In this document: positions 52,501 to 64,000 of the stretch, in pieces | How positions within the stretch are numbered: the first letter of the stretch is position 1 | Layout of the letters: the number at the start of each line of letters is the position of its first letter | Assembly: GCA_964016885.1 (NCBI GenBank) | Contig: OZ024742.1 | Coordinates: forward strand, 216,442,001-216,506,000 | Direction of reading: 5' to 3' | DNA length: 64,000 nt | Source of the DNA: Eledone cirrhosa | Taxonomy: Eukaryota | Made by a program: the position numbers and the translations under genes | The notes under the pieces: generated by a model | Database searches by the model: none | What the model was told of the DNA's origin: nothing | What the model saw: only the letters and a program-made list of their open reading frames with translations

Positions 52501-54949
52501 GTTTGAATAGCTAAATTTTCATTACCGTAACGTTCCACTTGATTCCACTGTTCGCTGTGAAGATAAAAAATAGTAATAATCCCATCCTCTCTATACATTT
52601 CCCGACTGTTTTTAACCATTTTATCAGTGTGATACTTAAATCAAGCACTTGTGTATCTGAAGGAAACAAAACGTAAACGTGAAATGTTTGGAAACAAAAA
52701 GAACAACAAAAAGACGATGGAAGCAAAAAGTGGCATTTGTACTTTTCAATACAGAGACATATTTATCCACATCTCACTCTGTCCTAATTTCCTTTTTGTC
52801 TTCTTTGTCTAAGTTGAAGTGCTAACACTAACAGTATTTTTAAGAATACCAAGACTTCTATATATTGATATCTATAGAAAGTGGCAAATATTCAGTTAGT
52901 ATTTTTTGATGCTTTTAATATTTACGTTTATTTCACATGTAATCGTATGTATAATTAAATGAATGACGATATTATACGCCCTAGCTATGGAAGTCTGAGA
53001 TACCTGCACTGATTGTCCTTATGTGTAAGTGGCATATATATATCAGTATGTAGTTGATGGATGAGAGAAAAGAGTACTCAATACCGAAGTCATGTTTGAT
53101 TATTCATTTATTATGACTAAATAGTGAGTCTTGTTACACTCAATTTTCACCTTTGCAAACACAGTCATCAGACAAGACTGAACTTTTAATAGTAGAGACA
53201 GTACAAATGAAGAAAGGGAGAGGAAGCAGGAGGGAAAAACGCTGAAGGGTGCGTGGGGTACTTGAACCAAGGAATTGATAAGGAGAAAAGGATGATAGTG
53301 TTGGGGCAAATAGAGCTATGCCAAGAAGGTGATAAAGGATATTATGGAGGATAGGATAAAAAGGAAAAGAAAGAATAGTTATTAAAAGTTGGTTATCTAT
53401 AACCTCCTTCACATTGTTCTCTTCCCCCACCACCACCACTACTCTCTTTTTCATTCTAATTCTTCTTATTAATTCCTTTTTCCAAATACCCCCTTTATTT
53501 CAGCATCTCTTCCCACATTTTCCCCTCACCCGAGTCTTCCCTCGTTTTAACTGTCTCTACTATTGTAAGTTCAATCTTATCAGGGGAAACTCCAGGGTAA
53601 AAAGACTCACCACTTAGCCATAGTAAATGAATATGTACACACATATATATACGCATACACACAAACACACACGCACATATGTAAATAGATAGATATATAC
53701 AGAGAGAGAGAGGGAGAAGACGAATATGTTCGAAATCTAATCACACTCCGAGGAAGAATTTTGTTTTTGTTCTAATAATTGATTTACTAAGCCAAGAATG
53801 ACACATATCAGGTCTTCTTGTGAGATATAAATGTAGTTGACATCATTGATAACTACATTAAGTAGTCTTCAAACTTTTTTTTCTTTTATAATATTGTTAT
53901 TAAATATTAATATTAATACAATACATAATATAAAACCAATGATGAAAACAGTTATAAATTGATGAATTTATGAAAAGTGTGCTCAGTTTATAAACAAGAG
54001 TATAGAATATTACAGAATAGCTGAATCCATTCCTTAATTACATAATATACTTCGAAGATGAAACACAGTTAATATAAATGACTTGGTTAAGTAATTAATA
54101 CTATATAATTAAAAGTCACGTAACTTCACACTACACACTAACAACTGCTAGCAATTAATGAAAATTGCTTTATTTTCTATTTATTTCTAGTTTTAGTTTT
54201 TTGTGTCAGGAAAAGTTACTGAGGGAGATTGAATTATTTTTGTTATTATTCTTGAAATATATTGTATTTGTATATCTTTTAGAAATATCTGGTTTGTAAT
54301 TGGATAGCAGCTCAGTCATAAATAAGCGTTACTAAACAAAACAAGAATGAGGAGAAACAAAACGAGTTTCATAAATTATACATTATCACGTATATTCCGC
54401 TTCATATAAATCCATGCAACACAAACCACACTTTTGTTATTGGTGATGATGTTTATATAAGTATTAAACATGTATTTTAGGTGATTTGAGTAAAATACGT
54501 AATAGAGTCCTTTATAGCTTTCGAAAATCTCCGGTGAGAATTTTCGTTTTCGAATCTCTCATCTTCATCTCAAAGAAAGTTACATCAGTACCAATAATAT
54601 TCTGAATAGTAGAGACGCTTGACTGCAATCTCCAGTCGAATCATTTAACATAGCCCGATACTGTATCCATAGTCTTACCTGAAGCAAAACCTCATATTTT
54701 ACAGGACAGATGTTCCTTTATAAAGATATCTGTATAATGTTAGGTAATTCATATCATCCTAAGAGACCACCGCGAGTTAGAATCTTACTTTCAACAGATG
54801 TAAGATATATATATATTAATAATGTGTAGGTGTCTACGTATATAATAATTCGAGCGACTAATCTAGCTACAAGTTCACTAGCACTTACCAGGAATCATTT
54901 CACGACTAGTTATATACACTAATAACACTAAAATAACAACGTCATAAAT

Positions 54950-55700
54950 AATTAAAGTCGTGATTAAAGAGGTGGGGAAATCTATCTTCTTAGCAGCAAA
55001 TATCTTAGCCAAAGCAATTTCATATAAATGTAAGATAACATCTCGAGTATGTTGTGCAAATACCAAGGAAGGTTGCATCGATGTGTGAAGGCTGTTTCAA
55101 GAGTCTTTTCCTCAACTTCAGGTCTACTATAAATACTAGAGAGATTCTAAATGATACAGTTTTATCGACACATATTTGCAACCTAAAAGAATTTGCATTC
55201 TCCAATTCGCTATTGTCAAAAGTCAAATGCAGAATATTTCCAAAGTAACATTATCTTTAATTCTTTCTTTCTCCTTTTCTCTTTCTACTCTCCAATCAAA
55301 CTTTACGTCTTTGTTTCTTCAACCATGTTTGTTGCCTGAATACTTACAATCCCATCCCCATTGTAGCGGCTACACAACCGATTTCCACATTCCACAATGC
55401 TTCAAACAAACTACAACACTTAGAATTTTATTTAAATTCGACTATGCCATCTGCGCCTCTGAGATATACCACATTTTAATGAATCAAGGGTGCTTTGCTC
55501 CATTCACTTGATCTACTACAAATAGAACTACACATTCTACCGTGTAAAATTAAGAGGGCATTAGACAATGTATCTGTTGATTCACCTCGATGAAGAAGCC
55601 ATGGTTGCACCGATTTGGAATCTTGGTTTACACGATAAAAACAACCACATCTGAACTCAACATTAAATAAATAGAAATGTAAATGATATCTATATTCTAC
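54950..55700 (-). mobile_element. Possible ancient LINE relic
   Basis: ELENANSFR resembles the post-RT LExVxxFKYLG motif. Highly decayed. Confidence 0.25.
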
Positions 55701-56639
55701 TATAAAAATACGTTTCATTTTGTCAACTATAACATCAGGGTTAAATCCAAATTAAACAATAAGAACTCCGACAATAGACAGACGAAAGTACAAGACGCAT
55801 CCCTAAATTAATTTTTCACTCCAACTAAAGTTCATAGCTAGAATAAAACAATAGTCAAACTAATTAAAATGAAATGTATTATTTTACACGTTTTGAGAAC
55901 TCCTTACTTCCTTTATAACAAACATTCACAAACAAACACACACACACACAGTGGCGCACGTGTTTGTGTGTGTGTGTTTGCGCGTGTTTAAGGATGCAAG
56001 TATATATATATATATATGGGTGCGTGTATCTTTGTTTATGTGTATATAAGAATCAATAAACATACATAACTATGCGCTGCAAGTACAGACCATACAAACA
56101 ATACAATAAAATATATTTTATTGATTAGAAAAAAAAAATAGTATAAGAAAACAAGCTATCATCTCTATATTAGCGTTCGGCAGTCAATGAACTCAAGCTG
56201 GATTTGCGGATATTGCTTAAGCATTTTATATTGATCAGACAATCATGTTCTTTTTTTTTCTATCAAACGTTCTCATTGGATATTTTCTTTGATATTAATA
56301 CGGTCCCACCCAGCTTTATTTATTTTACACACTCATACAAAAATGTACGCACACACATACACGCATATGTATATAGGTATGTATGTAGGTTTCTATTTAT
56401 ATCCATGTGTATATATAGAGAGAATAAGAGACTCAACGATGTTTTTTTTTTAGTTATTACATTCAGCATTGTTGTATCCTTTGAAAGAACACCGTGGACT
56501 GAAACATTTTGCTGCTTGTATCCTAAAATGTCATGTATCCATTCCTTGGTTATTCAACAGAGAACACGTATGTACATTAGATTGTTGTTAGAGCAGTTAT
56601 TAAAGCATACAGATGTATCGCGGATTTAGTTTATCGGTA

Positions 56640-57160
56640 AAGTCATGGGATGATTTATCAAAGAGTAACACATTTAATTTATTAGAGAAAATGATTTCAC
56701 TATGTGAGATTTAGCACATATTCCATACAATTAGAATTTCTCTCACATCGCTTCTACTGCATTATGGCCTTGTATTGAAGTAGCTGCTCAATCGGTCTAA
56801 TGTAAATTAGTGATATTCGACTTCGTGAACGGTATCAACAAAATTGATCACGGAATGATATCTCAGAATCTACGTGATCTCAACACTACTGGTGAACTAA
56901 GAAATAGATACAGGAAATTATAAGATACATCATCAAACTCTTACAGTCAACGCTGTTCTCTCAAAGCATATAATAATACCATCTGTACAAACTCATAAAA
57001 CATTGTTGAGACCAATTATTCTCAGTCATCCCCTTATATAAACAGGTACTCTAACATGGTATGCTGATGATAGCAAAATATCATGGGCAAACAAAAAGCC
57101 TTTTTTATCAAAAAATCCTCCAGAAAGGTTTCAATATAATACACATGATGGCTGAAAAAA
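56640..57160 (+). mobile_element. Ancient CR1/L2-like RT relic
   Basis: FDFVNGINKIDHGMI (cf. LDFAKAFDKVDH) near 56815 and YADDSKIS at 57060, at plausible spacing. Confidence 0.55.
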
Positions 57161-59915
57161 AAAACATTTATTTTAATGCAGAAACATTTCAAGAACTTCT
57201 CCAACAATCGTGTGTTAGTGACTATTAATTGTTTTCTTGTTGAACGGCAATCGCTGGATATTTCCCCCTAGTTATTGTTTAGCCATTAGTTGCCACTCGA
57301 TATTCATTTATTACCACCCTATATACTACTTTAGTCACTATGCACCATTGCTTTCACTATGTTTCTCTGACAAAGTTTAATAAGTCTAAAGAATGTCCGT
57401 AATTGACACTGTTTTCCCAAAGATTAGATCGCTCCTTACTGTATTTTTTATTTAACTAATTCTAATTAACCTTAATCATTAGATTGCCTCCCCTGATTAT
57501 TTGACGAAAATTAATAATTAATAATTGATTTTGTTTTTGTTGTTTGTTGTTTGTTTTTTAATAAATGCAGGTGTAAATTTAATTAAATTTGAATGACTCT
57601 CTACACAAAATATGTTAGCATCCAGTTGAACATTTACTAAGTACAATTTATTAGGTACAATATTTCATAATATGAACATATCCGAACTCTTGCTACTGAT
57701 ATTTGTTATTCTGCTAGTATTGTTATTGTTTTCAATATAGTAATTTTTGTTTTTTTACATACTTTTACTCGTTTGTGTTTTGTTGTTGTTTTTATTGTCT
57801 GCGTTGGTGATGAAGGCAATAAACAGGAAGAAGAAGATAGAAAGGAAGATAAAAGATTATGTTCTGTCAGCCGTCATTGATACAATGCATGTTTTTTTCA
57901 TCGAGTTGCAGCTTCTGGGGTTTATTGTTGGTGTTGCTGTTTTGTTTACAAAAAACAAACAAACTATATTTGAAATATTTCATCAGTAGTTTATGATGTT
58001 TATTGACACTGATAAAGTATTGAGACACAGTCCAGAGCCAGCCGCTATAAGACTTTTATGTTCTTTAGTTTGGCAGTAATTCCCATAAAAAAATGTTTTA
58101 AGCCGATATAACAAACATGCTACATTAAACGGAATTACATAAATGCATAGCAGCATTTTATATTCACTCAAAAAGAAGCAGAAAAATTCTAGAAAATTAT
58201 TGTATCCTTTGAGAAGGAAATATATATATCATAAATCATTATCAAAACTTCCATAGAGTTTTGTATTACGATATGTGAATAGATTGTATGGGCAATGATT
58301 ATAGATAGACATATCAAGTCAGTCTCTTCTGTCTAAGTAATAAAGAATGTTTTTTATCGCACAATAATTGTAACTTATGAAGTATAAAGTAAGCCTTATT
58401 TTAACTTACCCATGTACTGCTGAATTTCATAGCGTGATAAGACAATACTTCACAACACTGTGATTGAAATTTCCGTTCTATTACGTTTTTTATTTCATCA
58501 ATACGAACAACTTAGTTTTATATGAATATACAGCTTTGTCTTTTAAAACAGATTTGTTAACTCATTTCGAACAGATGAAGTGCGTTCGCTTTTTTACTAT
58601 TACTTTGTTGACCGAAATACTTATACTTTTCTCAGAGGTACATGATAGGAACCCATTAGTCTACATCGGAAAGCAAATTCATAACTATTTATGTGTAACA
58701 CAGATATTTATAATTTTTGTATTCATTTAGACCTTTTTCCCGGGCTTGATATTTTCACTCATATTTGCACTTTTAGTCTAAACCTTTGGTTTCATTCATA
58801 GCTGGGAAACCTTTTTCCATCGTTTCCTACTTGAAAGATTTAAATAGAAATTGAGAACAGGTAATGCTTTATAGATAACTTTTAACTAGCGTTTATTTTA
58901 TAATTTATATAGCTGGTTGAATTCTCTAATATCAAAATGTCTCCAAGATCTTGCTAAACTCACTAAACCCACGTAAATATTAGTTTGCATATAAGTGAAT
59001 CAGGCCAATACGATTTGAGAAACATCACAGTAATAATAATGAAACTTGAAATATTGGCTGACTGCTTAAACCAGCTAAGCTTCGCGGAGCATTTATTTAA
59101 GCAAAATGTACGACAATTTTGTAATACATTTATCACACAGTAGTCATCGACATCACAATAATTGAAGAAGTCTCCTAACAAACTTATTTGCCGGAATAGG
59201 TATGTCTGATTAATGTTTTCTATATCAATATTAATTTACAAGAATGCAACACCGCTCAAGCAAGGCTGCTACATAATTTCCAGTGCATAAAAATATTAGA
59301 ATAGGAAACAATTTGTTTGTCCTGTCACTAAGTGATTTATGGTCCGTCGGTTCTGCGAAGAATTTGTCAATAATAGAAATTGCTGAATCCGAAAGAAGCT
59401 AATATATCAAGCCAAGCTGATCTTCCTGACTAATATTTCTTCTACGTAGAATACATATTACCAGATATCTAAGAGAAAAGCATCTATATATGTTCTTAAT
59501 ATATCGTATTTTATTCAGCGTAAACTCAATGAATATCTGTTGTGTAACCGAAGATTATCTCTGATCGGATGGACCTATAGGAATGTAGTATTCAGTCTAA
59601 AGTCTAAGTGGAGCAGATATGTGTTGTTTCGTATATATCGTACTTTTATGCAACTGAAAACCACGCTGCATCTGAAGATAAGCAATTTGGTGTAGTGACG
59701 TAAGAAATTTAAAATTAGAGAATGTTTCTATGAGTTACGATGTGTAATCCGTTACAATAATCAATCAATCTTGCTGATGCATGTACCTCCAAGAACTGAT
59801 TAGTAAAAGAAAAAGCAGAGAACAATAGGTTGTTAAGTTCGTTTATCATACCCCGGAATCAATAAAACAATTACCAGTTATATCTTGGCTCTAATACAAC
59901 TGATTATATATATAT

Positions 59916-60201
59916 ATATATTGGTAAAAGGAAAAGAAAATGCTGACAAATTGTTCCCTCAGAAAATGATGCAGCTAGATAGGCAGTCTGTTTCATCTTC
60001 ACGGTACAGGTACCAGTGTGGCCTACCTAGTAAGATGTTCGACTTGTCACTAAATCTAAGCTGGGACAGCAGTAATCCGCATCATACAAATGCCAAAGTG
60101 GTGGTACCTGTACCATGCAGATGAAACAGACTGCCTATCAAGCTGCATCATTTTAAGAGGGAACAATTTGTCAGCATTTTCTTTTCCTTTTACCAATATA
60201 T
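59916..60201. repeat. Fold-back element with ~100-bp inverted arms and ~86-bp spacer, next to TA tracts
   Basis: 59916-60015 is the near reverse complement of 60102-60201. Confidence 0.88.
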
Positions 60202-60231
60202 CATAACTTGTGTGTTACACCTCTATTCTTT

Positions 60232-60307
<76 letters not shown>

Positions 60308-60924
60308 CGTGTCCTCCGCTGTTCGTTGTTTTGAATATATATATATATACCAAACTATTCTTGCTTGAATGTATCCTTATATCAGAAAGCAATATCATGA
60401 AAGATGTATTTCAGAGTAAGACTGTTAGAAGATATATAACATAAGCTTTCTAGAAGCATATAAATTTCCAGATACGATTTCGATTCTGGGCTATTAACTA
60501 ACCTTGTTAAATATATGAAACCTCTTCCAATTTCCTATATGTTAAGAGACACTCCAGAAGTGTATGCAGTAAACAATATTATGGTATCAAACCGTTTATT
60601 AGTTTTTAAAAATATATATCTAATTTTATAATTGACCACGACATAATAGATAGAATTGCCAGGTGATATATAATCGTAATATGAAGTTAGAAAATTGGAG
60701 GCAGAAAAATGTGGTTGTTTAATTTATGTATTTTGAAACTATTCGAAACCTAATCCCAATTTTAGTTGCTGAGAAGTCTACTTGCTGTGTGGCATGTGTC
60801 ATGTTATATTCTATATAGTAAATTGAAAAGAATTCCAGTAGTTAAGGTGGGTGGTTTATGTTAAAATTTGTGAAACTTCTTAATACAATAGCGATCAGCT
60901 TAAAATAAAATGCTTTCTAAATTT

Positions 60925-61225
60925 GTCTTCATGCGTCTTAAGATAAAACCCACAGGGCACGATTTGATCTTAGAATATAGAGTAAAGTAAATAAATATTT
61001 GAACATAGTTTGTCAGGCACTATACTGATTCAGATTATATAACGTTCATTAGTTTTGACACAAAGCCACAAATTTCGGTAGTTGGTCTTCACTATTCTCC
61101 TGATATCTGAGACAGATACAATGAAATATAAAATTAACACCGAAATGATTTAAGTCCAGAATATGACGTGACGTAAATAAATGTCGGAATATATTTTCAC
61201 CGCTTCACCACTGATTCTGCCATTC
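60925..61225 (-). mobile_element. Decayed SINE family 1 copies
   Basis: ttttgacacaaagccac...agaatatgacgtgacgtaa...ctgattctgcc remnants. Confidence 0.45.
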
Positions 61226-61392
61226 CGAAACCTTTGGATTTTTAAATAATGTCAATGACATTGCTGTTACTAAAGTGATTGTTATAGCTTTGAATAGTAT
61301 TGACATGAAAATCAAATCAAATAAATGTTAATATTCCCTGAACATTAATAGTGGTTTCTTCGATAAAAATATGCACAAACACATGCTCATGC

Positions 61393-61427
<35 letters not shown>

Positions 61428-61541
61428 TGTCTACGAAATTAACCGATGTTGTGTTGGCTTGAAACGACACAATTCGACATATTTACGTTTGACTCCGCTC
61501 CCACAATGTAGCATTAAAAGAATACTTGCGCAAAATGCCTT

Positions 61542-61632
<91 letters not shown>

Positions 61633-62659
61633 TGTTATAAAATTGCAGAGAAATATATAACAAAACACACTCACTGTTTGGCTGGGATTGGTTTTCGCTT
61701 CAGTATATTTTAGCACAGTGAGTCTGTCTGGCAATATTATAACAATACATATATATATTTACATATATACATTTACATATATATATATATAATCATAATT
61801 CTACATATATATATATATGTGAGTGTGTGTAAAAATGAAAGATTATTGTCATTGTAAGATTTTCATGTATTTCTTCTATGGTTAACTTCAAAAGTGGGGG
61901 TGTCGTTATAGATATGTTGGTACGATTCACCGGGAAGTATGTTGAAAAATGCACCCAAGCATAAAGCGTACTTATACAAGCTTGAGAGACGGTGAACTTG
62001 TTGAAAGTAGTGACGAATGGTATGAGGTTATATAACAACACCCGGAGAATCGGGGAATAGAATAAGTATAACGAATGTACTTGAATTAATTGAAATGGTA
62101 TTTTTAGTATTTGGCTTTGTGCCTGTTCAAAGTGAATATATAAGTTCCAAGTTATTCCAGTTTAGATTAAACTTTACAAGAAAAACACTTCCATTTATGA
62201 CTTTAGCAAACTCTTTAAACAAAAAAATATAGATAATATACGTACATAGTCAAAATCATTCATTGAACAGTTAGGCGGAAGATGGTTGCTGTTTCAGTGG
62301 TCTAGAGGTAAGTTATATAAAAATGGCAGAGATTCTGGTCCGGGTTTAAACTAACGGGTGTTACTGAACGACTTATAACGAAGGATTTATGAAAATCTAA
62401 ATATATGGATTGGATCAATAGCTCAAGGCCATACATTTTCAACGAGGTGACTGTCCTTACAATCAACGTGAGTTATTGATCGATATTTATTCTATCGAGT
62501 CTTCAAGTTGATCTCGCCAGGAGTGCAACACAGAACGTAAAATAAAGTAAAAATAATCTAAATACTATGTGATATTCTCAGTGCTTCTCTATATATTTAT
62601 TAACCACTCGCATTTAGTATTATACCTTTTCAAACAGAAAATTATGTTAAAAAATATTG

Positions 62660-62694
<35 letters not shown>

Positions 62695-62715
62695 ACACGC
62701 ACGCATATAGTTTAG

Positions 62716-62872
62716 AGGGGTGCACATGTCTGTGCGGTTAAGAAGTTCACTTCTCGACCTCATGGATACGCATTCGTTCTTACTGCGTGGCCCCTGTAGC
62801 AAGTACATTTTACTAGAGCGCTGGTTTCACAAATACCTTGTGAGTAACGTTTTGTAGACATAAACTGTGTAT
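62716..62872 (+). mobile_element. tRNA-derived SINE, octopus-type family 2, diverged
   Basis: ctgtgcggttaagaagttcacttc...ctgcgtggcc..gcaagt...ccttgtgagt..tttgtagac..aaactg. Confidence 0.6.
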
Positions 62873-64000
62873 AACCTTAAAATAAGCTGTTGTATGTTTA
62901 TGTATGTTATGGGTCTGGCAAATGTAAATCTAGGAAATAAGCACAATATCATAGTAGTTTATTTGGGCTCAATTCTCCCCGTCTCCCTGTTTTTGTGGAA
63001 ATGGGTATAGCTTTCATTATGTTAAATCTCCCCATTTTGCCTTATTGCTAACCATTTTGTGGGTAAGGTCTGTCACGGTACTCCCCGATTGGGATTTTAG
63101 AGGTTGGCATGTCTGCATTACTATTCAACATAAGTTGTATTTGACGTTTTGACCACTGACTCTAAATATATGAACTTCTTTAATGGAGATGCAATGATTG
63201 CTTAAGAATCTACTATATAGACTATATTTTCGTTGATTAATTTACAACATATGTTTCATAATTTCTGTGATCAAATGTTTGTACCTATGTGAAATCTAAG
63301 CAAACTAAAGCAGTCGAGAAAATGTAAAGTTCTGTAAACTCACAAGTAAACGAAATGATTTCCTATTTCATATTCAGTCACTTTTCTGTCCAGAGAATAT
63401 ATATATATATGTGTGTGTATGTGTGTGTCTGGAGTAAAAAGTAGTTTGAAAAGAAGCCCAAGCTTCTTTCATCCCAATAACGTTATTATTCATCATAGTA
63501 AGAACATAAATAGCTAGACATTTTATATAGATAATATATGTAATATACCCATTTATTCTTTCTGATCAGATGTTTAGTGAATATCGATTTAGAAATTTGG
63601 GCAAGTTGGTCTTTTACAAGTTATTAAAATAAATGAGACAAAAGAAACATACTTGATCCGTAGAGAAAATATGAGGTGTAAGACTATAATACAAATATAG
63701 ACTGCTGTGCAACGATGTTTTCGTCTGGCAATTAATGCTTAGTCTATTAATACTTTTAGCTCTGCCAATTATTGTAAAGTGGTTCGATAGGGAGGGAAAA
63801 TAGACTGCATGTGAACGTGCGCATCGCACGATGTCTATGTGTGCTTATTGTGATTTCGCGTGTGGGTAGATGGTGATGGCGTTGGTATATGTGTGAGAGA
63901 AAGAGAGACATTATTAGTTTTAGCTAAACCAATACAATGTGTTCATTTAGTGTACAAAGAAAGAGGAGTTTCGTCAAAATAATACGAATATCTAATATAC

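Noticed and set aside
57747-57989. 80-aa ORF with two hydrophobic stretches
   Set aside because: TTG start and T-rich low-complexity origin; no recognisable homology.

Overview
AT-rich, microsatellite-dense animal genomic DNA. The tRNA-derived SINEs resemble octopus-type families, so a cephalopod source is inferred. I found no convincing host protein-coding exon, and nearly all listed ORFs are microsatellite or antisense artefacts. The window is dominated by retroelements. (1) Two full-length but divergent Tx1/L1-clade LINEs lie head-to-tail inside one (GATA)n microsatellite (4395-15545), suggesting (GATA)n/(TCTA)n target specificity; they share structured 5' and 3' UTR hairpins. (2) At least five unrelated families of short Penelope-type pLTR sequences carry hammerhead ribozyme motifs, mostly as fold-back palindromes embedded in (TA)n/(CA)n tracts; several fold-back centres fall in hammerhead helix II. 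(3) There are also Penelope GIY-YIG relics, RTE and CR1-like fragments, mariner relics and about ten SINEs. All calls were made by eye; no searches were run.
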